A DNA stretch of 64,000 bases from an uncultured Nitrospiraceae bacterium (GCA_963846575.1 CAWJWJ010000001.1:576001-640000); one strand, 5' to 3'. Positions 30,632 through 40,297 are shown, counted from the first letter of the stretch. Numbers and translations are program-made. The notes: a model not told the origin generated them from the sequence alone.

Positions 30632-32968
30632 ATGAGCGCATCGGACGTGTCGCCAACCGAGCAACTGGATTTTGTCACCCTGAAGGGCTTGCTGGCTTAT
30701 GGAGAGATGCTTGCCCGCCGGACATCGAGCGACCGGTATGTCCTGCCCCCGCCGCCGCCGGCGACCGATCGACGGCAGCTCGTCGAGCAGGTGCTCCCGC
30801 GTATCAAAACATTCGTGCACGGCCTGCCGTCCGGCCTTCCCAGCGCTGAAGCCTATCGTAACGCACGGCATGACCTGGTCGCCGGGGCCTGTGGCGGAGA
30901 TCCGTTGGTCTTCTATGCGGCCTGGAACCTGCTCCTGGCGCGCGGCGAATTATCGGCCCTCTATCGAGCACCGATCGGCGCCACGCAAAAACCCGCGCAT
31001 CGCCGTCCGGTGGCCATCGTGCCGCGTGCGAACCTGACCCCGCAGCTGGCCGAAGGGCGCATCGTGCTGGATCTGGGCGACGATCGCTTCTGGCTGCTTC
31101 CCCGGGACTTGGCCGACCGCACCCTCTTTTTCACGATGCGCCACGGCGTGTCGGAAGTCGAGAGTAAAACCCATCGCGTCGGACGTCGTCTCGCCAACGT
31201 CCTGGACGAGGAACGGGGCGTTCCCAGAGCCGAAGCGGTCGGAGCGGCGTTGGCCAGGATGGTGGGCGTGGTCGGCCAGCAACTCGGCTATCTCAAGCTT
31301 CACAACTACCTGGATGCCTGCACATTTCTGCATCTGATCAGCCGGAGCCCGAATACGGAACAACTGTGCCGGCGAATCACCACGGCTCTGATGCCCGATC
31401 GGGCCGATGCGGTTCATCCCCAGTTGGAAGCGACGTTGGAATCACAAGACTTCGGCTGGGTGACCGGCATGGAAAAACAGGCGGAAGTCGAGGCGGCCGC
31501 GCAGGCGTTCGGCGTCGAGGCCAAAACCGCCAAGCGCCTGATCAAACATCCATTCTATTGTTACCCCGGAGGGCATTCATTTTTTGATCTGTATGTCGAT
31601 GTCATCGACGGCCTGCACCGGCTGGGCCACTCCCACCCCGGGCAGGTCCTCTGTCTGTACACTCACAGTTCCACCCTGCGTGCCTTACGCATCTATCTCG
31701 ATCCCCGGCCCTTCCGCGAAGCCTTCACCGAGTTCGGCGAGTACAAGGAAGGCCAGGACAACGTGGTGCTGCTCACCCTGGAAAACGGGAAACTTTCCGG
31801 CTATTCGACCGCCGTCGGATTGATCGAAAGCGATCGCGTTGCGCGTGAAGCCTGGGTCGCCACCGAACGGGAGCGAAGCCAGCGCGTGACGCTCAAGCCG
31901 CGACGGATCAAGCGCCTGCTCGCCCTGGTGTCCGGAGGGGACTTTGCAGGAGGCGGCGCCGCGTTAAAAGAATTGCGCGTCACAGGGAACCGGTTCGGCC
32001 TGGAAGTGCTCTTCGTCCGCCACGGGTTCCTCGGCCTGGCCAACAACTGGATCGATGCCGTATCCGAGGAAGACACGCGCGGGATGAGCAGTCACGCCAG
32101 CAGTCCGATCGGAAGCAGCCGCTTCGAGGACTTCAAGGACGAGCAGGTGCAGCATGCCGCCATGCGTTCGCTGACTGCCTATCGAGACGACTCTGCCCTC
32201 ATCGTACTGGGCGGCGATGGAAGCCTGCGCGGCGCCAGGGCCATGTACGAAACGTTCGGTATGCAGGTCGTCGGCATTCCCGGGACGATCGACAACAATA
32301 TCGCCGGCACGACCTCATTGGGATTTCATTCAGCGGTGGCACTTGCGAATCAATCGATCGAATCCCTCAAGGCCACCAGCGCCGCTATGGGCAGCATTTT
32401 CTTTGTGGAAGTCATGGGGGCCGGGTCCGGCCACCTGGCGCTGGCCTGTGCCTATCAAGCACGGGCGGAAGGTATTTTGGTCAACGAGCATCCCGATCCG
32501 GATGCCTACATCGAGGAAATCGTCCTGGGTACGTTGAAACACACGTTGGGCGTCCCCAACAAGAGTCACATTTTCGTGGTGGCGGAGCGAACTCCCCATC
32601 GGCATCACCGGGAAGGCGGAGTCCATGGTTTGGTGGATTACGTCGCGAACACCATCGCGAAATGGCCTGTGCGACGGTCACAGTCCGTCCACTATTCCCT
32701 GGCCTCGGCCACGAAGGCCACGATTCTCGGGCATACGCTCCGAGGGGCGCCACCGACGCCGGAAGACAAAATGATTGCCCAGCATCTGGCCTATGAAACC
32801 GTGCGCCGGCTCGTCGAGCAACCGGAAACCATTGTCGGCTGCATGGTGGCGTACCGGGACTCGACGACGCTTGAAACCATTCCCCTGCATGCCCTCTCCC
32901 CCAAGCCTTTCGATTGGGAATTGTTTACCCGCATGCATGGGTCGGAGTTGCCTTTCGAAAAAGTGTGA
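30632..32968 (+). CDS. Fusion of an N-terminal unknown region, a histidine phosphatase domain and a 6-phosphofructokinase (PfkA-like) domain
   Basis: MRHG, LESQDFG, PGGHSF and YTHSSTLR (His phosphatase), then SGGD, GGDGS, PGTIDNN, VEVMG and LGHTLRG (PfkA). Confidence 0.88.
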   Translation: MSASDVSPTEQLDFVTLKGLLAYGEMLARRTSSDRYVLPPPPPATDRRQLVEQVLPRIKTFVHGLPSGLPSAEAYRNARHDLVAGACGGDPLVFYAAWNLLLARGELSALYRAPIGATQKPAHRRPVAIVPRANLTPQLAEGRIVLDLGDDRFWLLPRDLADRTLFFTMRHGVSEVESKTHRVGRRLANVLDEERGVPRAEAVGAALARMVGVVGQQLGYLKLHNYLDACTFLHLISRSPNTEQLCRRITTALMPDRADAVHPQLEATLESQDFGWVTGMEKQAEVEAAAQAFGVEAKTAKRLIKHPFYCYPGGHSFFDLYVDVIDGLHRLGHSHPGQVLCLYTHSSTLRALRIYLDPRPFREAFTEFGEYKEGQDNVVLLTLENGKLSGYSTAVGLIESDRVAREAWVATERERSQRVTLKPRRIKRLLALVSGGDFAGGGAALKELRVTGNRFGLEVLFVRHGFLGLANNWIDAVSEEDTRGMSSHASSPIGSSRFEDFKDEQVQHAAMRSLTAYRDDSALIVLGGDGSLRGARAMYETFGMQVVGIPGTIDNNIAGTTSLGFHSAVALANQSIESLKATSAAMGSIFFVEVMGAGSGHLALACAYQARAEGILVNEHPDPDAYIEEIVLGTLKHTLGVPNKSHIFVVAERTPHRHHREGGVHGLVDYVANTIAKWPVRRSQSVHYSLASATKATILGHTLRGAPPTPEDKMIAQHLAYETVRRLVEQPETIVGCMVAYRDSTTLETIPLHALSPKPFDWELFTRMHGSELPFEKV

Positions 32969-33070
32969 GATGGGGCCGACGCCACCGCCACAGAGGATCA
33001 GGCCACGTTGACCCCTCCCATGCGACATGCTAGGGTCAATACTTGTTGAAGCGAGGAGGCGTTATTCAGC

Positions 33071-33529
33071 ATGCCTGTTCGAGACTTCATCGGATTGCTG
33101 CTGTGGCTGTGCGTCGCCGTGTTTGTTCACCTGGACGTCCCCTTCGCAGCGGCTGATGCAACCGTCCAGGATCTCCCGGTCCAGACAGTCCCACCCGTGC
33201 CAGCCGACAAGCCTGACCCGTCACACGATGGGGTAGGCGCCAAGTCCGGGGTTCAGGCATCCGGTCCGGCAGTGACCGTTCCAGAGGCGGCGCAGCAGAC
33301 GCTCAAAGCCCTCGAAGCCCGTCACGGTAATCCCTTGCCCGGTTATGTCGGGGGACGCACCTTTCGGAATCGCGAACACGCGCTTCCCCGTGGCCGGTAC
33401 CGGGAATACGACGTGCACCCCAAGGTGCCCGGAAAAAATCGAGGACCGGAACGGATCGTCATCGAGCAGCGCACCGGCAAAGCCTTCTACACCGCGGATC
33501 ACTACCGCTCATTTATTCCAATGAATTGA
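33071..33529 (+). CDS. Secreted guanyl-specific ribonuclease (barnase/RNase Sa family)
   Basis: Signal peptide. GGRTFRNRE..LP, YREYD, RGPERIV, YTADHY.SF. Confidence 0.9.
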   Translation: MPVRDFIGLLLWLCVAVFVHLDVPFAAADATVQDLPVQTVPPVPADKPDPSHDGVGAKSGVQASGPAVTVPEAAQQTLKALEARHGNPLPGYVGGRTFRNREHALPRGRYREYDVHPKVPGKNRGPERIVIEQRTGKAFYTADHYRSFIPMN

Positions 33530-33535
33530 GGATAC

Positions 33536-34075
33536 ATGTCGATCATCGCGCTCCAATCGATCAAGAAGCCGTGGGCGCATCTCCTGGTGCATCCCGAGGG
33601 ACAGACACTCGAGAAGATTCTATCGGTCCCTGCGCATTTCGTGATCAAGACCGTCTCCGGCAAGAAATGCAGAACAAAAGCAGGGCTCCTGGACGAATTC
33701 AGCCGTATCTTTTCCTTTCCGGAATACTTCGGCCATAACTGGGACGCACTCGAGGAATGTCTGGCTGATCTCGAGTGGCTTCCGGCGAAGGGCTATCTGA
33801 TCGTGGTGACGGAGGCCGATCAAGTGCTGACGAAGCCAGATGAGGAAGATGACTTCGAAACGTTCGTCGAAATTTTGAGCGAAGCCGGAGAAGCCTGGAG
33901 CCTCAGGGAGTCTGACGAGGCGACCGGAAACGGCCTTCCTTTCCACGCCGTGCTGGCCGTGGCCGACAGCCATAAGCGCGCCCGGCACAACTGGTTCGCC
34001 CCTCCATTAGTGATGGACCGCAAGACCGCAAGCCCTCCGCCATCCAAGGGATCGAAGAAACAGACTCATAAGTAG
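33536..34075 (+). CDS. Barstar family ribonuclease inhibitor
   Basis: FPEYFGHNWDALEECLADL, 6 bp downstream of the RNase gene. Confidence 0.92.
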   Translation: MSIIALQSIKKPWAHLLVHPEGQTLEKILSVPAHFVIKTVSGKKCRTKAGLLDEFSRIFSFPEYFGHNWDALEECLADLEWLPAKGYLIVVTEADQVLTKPDEEDDFETFVEILSEAGEAWSLRESDEATGNGLPFHAVLAVADSHKRARHNWFAPPLVMDRKTASPPPSKGSKKQTHK

Positions 34076-34336
34076 CGGGCGTTCTCGACGCGGAGCAGAC
34101 CCTGCCGATCTCGCCGCAACAGGTCCCGCAGGGTCCTGGCGTGGCGTTGGTAACCCGATCGGCAACGCAGGGCGGAGTCGTTCGAACGCCGCGAGCGTCC
34201 GAATAGCAGCAGGACATTCAGGCATGATGATCGATCCGCTGGAGTTCCGCGGCAAGGTTCCGGAAAGAAACATGATGGAGAGGGAGTCGAATTGCTTGCG
34301 AGTAGAGGTCGCGCAGGATATGTAGCGGTCCGGAAA

Positions 34337-34564
34337 CTACCGTCTCAATGAGCCGAGTCCCCAATGTGTCAGTTTCCGACAGACCCGGCGCAAATACGAG
34401 AGCAGCCATAGCCGGGAATCGACGACTTTTCCCACTCCCGTTCTCAGCGACGTGAAATGATCCCCACAGAGCCCATGCGTTTCCCTGGGATCATCCAATG
34501 GCAACTTGTGACGCAGAAACGACGGCCTACCGTCCCGCACACACCAAGCGCACAACACTTTCAC
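34337..34564 (-). CDS. Small putative Zn-binding protein, paralog 2 (75 aa)
   Basis: GTG start after ggag. KVLCAWC…RETHGLCGDH, homologous to 34858-35088. Confidence 0.65.
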   Translation of the reverse strand: MKVLCAWCVRDGRPSFLRHKLPLDDPRETHGLCGDHFTSLRTGVGKVVDSRLWLLSYLRRVCRKLTHWGLGSLRR

Positions 34565-34612
34565 GGCTGGACTCCACTCAAAGGGGTTTCTCGACCATTG
34601 AACTTCTCCTAG

Positions 34613-34628
34613 GGCAAGACTCGCGCCA
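34613..34628 (-). promoter_or_regulatory. Sigma54-type -24/-12 promoter
   Basis: TGGCGCGAGTCTTGCC (GG-N10-GC), 48 bp upstream of GTG 34564. Confidence 0.65.
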
Positions 34629-34857
34629 TTGCATGGTGAGAGCGATGGCACGCAATCATTTCGATAGCATACCGCCCCGGTTCCAGAAGGATATCACCTG
34701 TTCCAAGCATGGCCGGCGTGACATTACGGCAATGATTGACGCTTTTTGGCTACAGAATCCGATGGCGGCTGCACCAAAGCCGCCTGCCGCCCGGTTGTAC
34801 TGCGGTCGCGGGACTGGCCAGCACTCGTATCGACAACACACGGTCAATGGAGGCTGG

Positions 34858-35088
34858 TCATTCAACACGGGTCACCGCCGCGGAGGGCACCTGGCTAATA
34901 AGGACTGCTTGATAGCGTCCTGAGGTCTTGTCGCCATCGCGAGGAATCTGCGGCTCCCGGCCGTTGCCCAACTGTTGGAGGTGGATGACACAGATGCCGT
35001 GCGTCTCACGTACATCCCAGAGAGGAGCCTTCTCTCGCAGGAACCCGACCTGTCCCTCGCTCTTGCACCATGAACAGATGACCTTCAT
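34858..35088 (-). CDS. Small putative Zn-binding protein, paralog 1 (76 aa)
   Basis: Strong RBS ggaggagg before ATG. KVICSWC…RETHGICVIH. Confidence 0.72.
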   Translation of the reverse strand: MKVICSWCKSEGQVGFLREKAPLWDVRETHGICVIHLQQLGNGREPQIPRDGDKTSGRYQAVLISQVPSAAVTRVE

Positions 35089-35123
35089 CGCCTCCTCCCC
35101 ACCCACGGTGATGCACGGTGTTG

Positions 35124-35139
35124 AGCAAAAGCTACGCCA
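35124..35139 (-). promoter_or_regulatory. Sigma54-type -24/-12 promoter
   Basis: TGGCGTAGCTTTTGCT (GG-N10-GC), 35 bp upstream of ATG 35088. Confidence 0.65.
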
Positions 35140-35386
35140 GCGGGTAAAGATCGATCATTCACGGCAATCCCGGGTTGTCTTGCGTGATTTCATCAACCGA
35201 ATGATCGCCTCTGTTTCGGATGAGATACCTGCCCCTATCCAATCCTGGACAATCAGTAGGGGCTCTCCCTGAGAGATGTGTCGTCCGGGTCTTCCCTCAT
35301 GGCTCGATGCCCGGTCGCAATTGACCGTTTTGAATTTCCCATGGTAGGTTGGCCCCCCAGTCTCACCGGCGTGATGAAAGAGGCCC

Positions 35387-36670
35387 ATGAAAACAGAACG
35401 ATCCGAACAACTTTTCGCAGAATCGCAACAAGTCATTCCCGGCGGAGTGAACAGCCCTGTGCGAGCCTTTCGCTCGGTCGGCGGCCATCCCCTCTTCATC
35501 GCCCGCGCCAAGGGCTCGCGGCTGTACGACGTCGATGGGAACAGCTACATCGACTACGTGCTCTCCTGGGGACCGATGATCCTAGGCCATGCGCCCGTCA
35601 CCGTCACCAAAGCCATTCAACAGGCCGCCGCGAACGGGACAAGTTATGGCGCGCCGACGGAGCTGGAGATCCAGCTCGCGACCATGATTCGTGAAGCCCT
35701 GCCGTCCATGGAGCAGGTCCGTCTGGTGAGTTCAGGGACAGAAGCAGTCATGAGCGCCGTGCGAGTCGCCCGTGCCTACACGAAGCGCGACGGCATCCTG
35801 AAGTTTGAAGGTTGCTACCACGGCCACAGCGACTATCTGCTCGCGAAAGCCGGGTCGGGGTTAGCCACCCTGGGGATTCCCGACTGTCCCGGCGTGCCGG
35901 AGGATTTCACGAAACACACGTTGACGGCGCCCTATAACAATGTTCAGGCGCTCACGCAGCTCATTAAGAAGCATGAACGCCAACTGGCCTGCGTCATTGT
36001 GGAACCCATTGCCGGCAACATGGGAGTGGTTCCACCTTCGCCGGAATTCCTGCAGGCGCTGCGCAAGCTGACGGATGCGCACGGCATGTTGTTGATTTTC
36101 GACGAAGTCATCTCGGGATTCCGCGTGCAATACGGCGGGGCGCAAACACTATTCGGCATCAAGCCCGATCTCACGATCCTGGGCAAGATTATCGGCGGCG
36201 GCCTTCCGGTGGGAGCCTACGGCGGTGCGAAGGACATCATGAAGATGATCGCCCCATCCGGCCCTGTCTATCAGGCAGGAACGTTGTCAGGCAATCCACT
36301 GGCGGTGACGGCCGGGATCGAAACATTGAAGCGTCTGAAGAAACCCGGCGTTTATGAACAACTTGAACAACGGTCAGCCGAGATGGCCGACGGGCTGGGA
36401 CAAGCGGCCAAGCAAGCGGGCGTGCCGCTCACGCAAACCCGTGTCGGCTCGATGATGGGTGCGTTCTTTACGCCCGGACCGGTGGTGGACTGGGGGACAG
36501 CCAAGAAATGCGACACGAAGGCCTACGCGAAGTTCTTTCACCAGATGCTGGCGGCGGGCATTTATCTCGCTCCGTCACAGTTCGAAGCGGCGTTCATGTC
36601 CCTCGCCCATTCACCACGCGACATCGAACGCACCATCAAAGCCGCACAAGCGGCGTTCAAGAATCTCTAG
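35387..36670 (+). CDS. hemL: Glutamate-1-semialdehyde 2,1-aminomutase
   Basis: PGGVNSPVRAF, SGTEA, GCYHGH, FDEVISGFR, GKIIGGG, YQAGTLSGNP. Confidence 0.97.
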   Translation: MKTERSEQLFAESQQVIPGGVNSPVRAFRSVGGHPLFIARAKGSRLYDVDGNSYIDYVLSWGPMILGHAPVTVTKAIQQAAANGTSYGAPTELEIQLATMIREALPSMEQVRLVSSGTEAVMSAVRVARAYTKRDGILKFEGCYHGHSDYLLAKAGSGLATLGIPDCPGVPEDFTKHTLTAPYNNVQALTQLIKKHERQLACVIVEPIAGNMGVVPPSPEFLQALRKLTDAHGMLLIFDEVISGFRVQYGGAQTLFGIKPDLTILGKIIGGGLPVGAYGGAKDIMKMIAPSGPVYQAGTLSGNPLAVTAGIETLKRLKKPGVYEQLEQRSAEMADGLGQAAKQAGVPLTQTRVGSMMGAFFTPGPVVDWGTAKKCDTKAYAKFFHQMLAAGIYLAPSQFEAAFMSLAHSPRDIERTIKAAQAAFKNL

Positions 36671-36789
36671 ATCATTACGCCTGCTCACCAGGCGGGCGGT
36701 GGGGCGCTTACCGACCGTATCAAAACCGATACGCCAGGTGCCCATTCGGATACAGGACGAAGCCGGGAATCGTACTCGGCGTAGGCACA

Positions 36790-36900
36790 GCAGGATGCTC
36801 AAAACGGCTCCCCAGCAAGTCCGCAGCGAGCGCACACCCGAGCGGTACATTGCAGGCACAAATGGGGCGCGAACGATGCTGGGGACCGTTTTCAGCATGC
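36790..36900. repeat. ~110-bp element with long imperfect terminal inverted repeats (MITE/REP-like)
   Basis: ATGCTCAAAACGGCTCCCCAGCA (36795-36817) pairs with TGCTGGGGACCGTTTTCAGCAT (36877-36898). Lies between convergent genes. Confidence 0.7.
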
Positions 36901-36904
36901 AAAT

Positions 36905-37138
36905 CTATTCGTCGTCGTCCTCGTCCTCCGCATCCAATACTTCCTGGCGCTTCTGCTCTTCCATTGCGTTGTGCAGGAGCATGCGGACAAACATCGAATA
37001 GAGCGACCCTTTTTCCAGGGTGCCACCGGGAGGTATCGCGATCTTCCCTTCCTTGATCATGCGATCCATCCAGGCTTTCTGGTCCGGAGCGATCAGGATC
37101 GGGACCTCGACCAGACCCACTTTTCCAAACATATCCAT
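36905..37138 (-). CDS. Small hypothetical protein with an acidic tail
   Basis: RBS ggaga, ATG 37138, 77 aa ending DAEDEDDDE. Confidence 0.65.
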   Translation of the reverse strand: MDMFGKVGLVEVPILIAPDQKAWMDRMIKEGKIAIPPGGTLEKGSLYSMFVRMLLHNAMEEQKRQEVLDAEDEDDDE

Positions 37139-37335
37139 ATGGGACTCTCCTATGGTGCGTGGGTGCTTAATGACAAGAGCGAATGGCACAGGCTATCAGC
37201 CCTCGGCCATGCGTTTCCCATCCGAAGGGGCATTTGAGCATGCGGTTTTTCGGCTTGTCAACCGCGGAGGCCTACACTTCCCCGATGGCACGGAGCCTGC
37301 TTTGTCTTTCCTCGCCAACAAGGAGGACAGCGCAC

Positions 37336-37965
37336 ATGTTAAACAGATTCGTACCGGGTTCCCGCTTTCTGAGCCCGTTGACCTGCTTCCTCCTCGTCGC
37401 CTCGCCGGTCGCACCGGCCGCCGGTGTGGTGGAAGAGAGTCGCTCCACGCTTCACACCTATGCGCCGTCAGTTCCAGGCGGCCCGATCCCGTTTCATTGC
37501 AACGACTGTTGGGATCTGAGGCCCGAAACTGGCCAGCCACTGCCTCAGCATCAGGCTCCGCGTTATCGACGTGGTCATCATGACCGAGGCCTTCGTCCGC
37601 ACAAGCACCCTTTCGCCAAAAAGTCGCGTGTTCATAACAGAGGGCTTCGATTGCTCCATCGACATGCCCTGTCACTGGGAGGCTTTGAACGCACCCTTCA
37701 ACCCTGGCAAATACGCGCCGTGGACGGAGACACGATTCGTTTTGGCAGGGACCGCATTCGCATCCGCGGATACAACGCCCCGGAGCTGTCGGAACCGGGA
37801 GGCTGGGACGCCGCAATCCGACTCGAGCGGCTGCTGCGGGAAGGCCCGATTACGATCCTACCGCATGGCCACGATGTCTACGGCCGGACGTTGGCCGATG
37901 TCTTCGTGAATGGACACAATGTGGCGGAGCCCATGATTGCCGAGGGATACGCGAGAAGGGGATAG
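37336..37965 (+). CDS. Thermonuclease (SNase) family protein
   Basis: AVDGDTI, RIRIRGYNAPE, DVYGRTLADV, NVAEPMIAEGYA. RBS aaggagg before ATG 37336. Confidence 0.8.
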   Translation: MLNRFVPGSRFLSPLTCFLLVASPVAPAAGVVEESRSTLHTYAPSVPGGPIPFHCNDCWDLRPETGQPLPQHQAPRYRRGHHDRGLRPHKHPFAKKSRVHNRGLRLLHRHALSLGGFERTLQPWQIRAVDGDTIRFGRDRIRIRGYNAPELSEPGGWDAAIRLERLLREGPITILPHGHDVYGRTLADVFVNGHNVAEPMIAEGYARRG

Positions 37966-38239
37966 CGCGCGTCCATCGTCACTCCAGGGTTGTTGGCCAT
38001 CCAGACAGGCCGGCCGCGCTACCCTGAGCCTGCCGACCCGGCAGAGATGGACCGCGAGGCCACAGGAACGGACGCGGGGGCACGTATTCCCGGGTAGCCT
38101 CATTGACAGAAGCTCAAGAGAGGCTGAGAATCTTTGCAAGTCCCGCCGAAGAATGCGAAGGTGTTGGGAGAGGCCGCCACTGAATGCCAGGCTCCCCTCA
38201 CCCGTCAACTGTCCGTCCGCAATCGCAACGGAGAATTCT

Positions 38240-38590
38240 ATGAAGGTGCGCCGTATTGTCGCCAACATTCAGGCGTCTGACCACGCGAAGGCCGAGCGGT
38301 TCTACCGGGACCTCCTTGGCCTTGACGTGCTGATGGATCTCGGCTGGATACAGACATTTGGCTCGAGTAACACCATGACCGTCCAAGTGAGCGTCATGTC
38401 AGAAGGAGGCTCCGGAACTCCTGTGCCTGATCTATCGATTGAGGTCGAGGATCTTTCCGCTGCGCTCGACAAAGTCAAGAAAGCCGGCATTGCGATGGAA
38501 TACGGACCGGTCGACGAGCCTTGGGGAGTCCGCCGCTTTTACATTCGGGACCCTTTCGGCAAGCTACTGAATATCCTGGAACATCGGTAA
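38240..38590 (+). CDS. VOC/glyoxalase family protein
   Basis: RFYRDLLGL, PDLSIEV, DEPWGVRRFYIRDPFG. Confidence 0.9.
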   Translation: MKVRRIVANIQASDHAKAERFYRDLLGLDVLMDLGWIQTFGSSNTMTVQVSVMSEGGSGTPVPDLSIEVEDLSAALDKVKKAGIAMEYGPVDEPWGVRRFYIRDPFGKLLNILEHR

Positions 38591-39034
38591 CGGGCGCTCA
38601 CAGGCCGCGACCCATCCGCTCACGCAAACCCACGTCATGAACCGGCGCGCCGTAATTCCGGTAGCCCGGGTCGGCTGGCATAATGCGACGCTGTTCTTAA
38701 CTGCCTCGCTGTCATTCCCGAACAGACAGCCTGGCCGGCGCAGCACTCCGCGTCGCGCATCGAGGGCAAGCCCGAGATTCCCCTGTGAGAAATCAAGAGG
38801 CCAAAGCCTTCGTCATACGCCTGGTTTGATTCGGACCGGCAAGCGAGTACAATTCCCCCCACGCCCCCGACGCAACCGGCAGTGCCCCTCTTTGCCAGCT
38901 GCACTGGATGTTCATATATTTCGTCCAAGAATCTCCACGCTCAACCGATCACCTAACAGAGAATCGTGCCACCGTCGCAGGGGGCTACACTCCCGCGCGA
39001 TCAGGCCTACCGCACCCCGGAAGGAGCCCAACTC

Positions 39035-40297
39035 ATGAATGATCGAATACGCTTTCTGCTGAACCGCGTGAAGGAACGGCTCTGGGTCCGGCCACTCGCG
39101 ATGTGCCTTCTGTCCGTAGCGGGAGCCTACCTGGCGAAGATGGCAGACTATGCCAACATCGATCGCTTCGTGCTGGACATAACGCCCGATTCTCTGGAGA
39201 CCCTGCTCAAAATCATATCCGCAAGCATGCTGGTAATCGCCACCTTCGCGGTCGCCTCCATGGTATCTGCCTTCGCATCCGCGAGCAGCACCGCCACACC
39301 CCGATCGTTCTCTCTCGTCGTCTCCGACGACGTGTCTCAGAATGCGCTCTCCACTTTCATCGGCGCGTTCATCTTCAGCATCATCGCGTTGATCGCCTTG
39401 AAAAACGGCTACTACGACACAGTCGGCCGGTTTGCGCTCTTCACCCTGACCTTGATTGCATTCGCCGTCGTAATTCTAACTTTCGTGGCGTGGGTGGATC
39501 GTATCGCGCGCCTCGGACGCCTCGGAGCCACCATCGACAAGGTGGAGAGGGCGGCGATGGCCGCATTTAAACAGCGTCGATCCGCACCGACGCTGCGCGG
39601 TCTGCCTCTGGTGGGACATCAGCACGGTGGTGCCGCCGTGTATGCGGATTCGATCGGGTATGTCCAACGCATCGATGTCAACGCCCTGCAGCGCCAGGCG
39701 GAAAAATCCCAACTGCGCATCACGGTGGCGGCTCTGCCCGGCACGTTCGCCGCGCCAAACCGTGCGCTGGCCTACGTCATGGCAGACCCGGGCAACCTCA
39801 TGGAGATCGAATCCAACCAGATTGCCGCTGCGTTCACCATCGGACACGACCGGGTCTTCGACGAAGATCCGCGATTCGGTCTGGTCGTGTTGTCAGAGAT
39901 TGCCAGTCGGGCGCTCTCACCTGCGGTCAACGATCCCGGAACCGCGATCGACATCCTCGGGACCTTGATCAGACTGTTTGCCTTCTGGAACGAACCGCTG
40001 AAAGACGGTGATAAGCAGCCGACTGACTGCGATCGCGTGGCGGTGCCGGAACTCTCTATGCGGGATCTGTTCGACGACGCCTTCACCGGCATTGCCCGGG
40101 ACGGCGCCGGCTCCATCGAAGTTGTGGTACGGCTGCAGAAAGCCCTGGCGTCGCTCGCATGGATCGGCAGCGCGACCATGCGGGAGAGCGCGACTCACCA
40201 CGGCCGGCTCGCCCTGGCCAGGGCGGAGAAGGCGCTCCAGCTACCGGAGGATGTAGAGGTGGCGCGACAGCTGGCGGCCTTCGCCAAGATGGGCTGA
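39035..40297 (+). CDS. DUF2254 family membrane protein
   Basis: TM-rich N-terminus, TPRSF, GYVQRID, EDPRFG…EIASRALSPAVNDPGTA. Confidence 0.85.
   Translation: MNDRIRFLLNRVKERLWVRPLAMCLLSVAGAYLAKMADYANIDRFVLDITPDSLETLLKIISASMLVIATFAVASMVSAFASASSTATPRSFSLVVSDDVSQNALSTFIGAFIFSIIALIALKNGYYDTVGRFALFTLTLIAFAVVILTFVAWVDRIARLGRLGATIDKVERAAMAAFKQRRSAPTLRGLPLVGHQHGGAAVYADSIGYVQRIDVNALQRQAEKSQLRITVAALPGTFAAPNRALAYVMADPGNLMEIESNQIAAAFTIGHDRVFDEDPRFGLVVLSEIASRALSPAVNDPGTAIDILGTLIRLFAFWNEPLKDGDKQPTDCDRVAVPELSMRDLFDDAFTGIARDGAGSIEVVVRLQKALASLAWIGSATMRESATHHGRLALARAEKALQLPEDVEVARQLAAFAKMG

Noticed and set aside
38100..38235. Possible cobalamin riboswitch (GCCACTG and CAACTGT words)
   Set aside because: The elements are in the wrong order, the other conserved boxes are missing, and the downstream gene is unrelated to B12.
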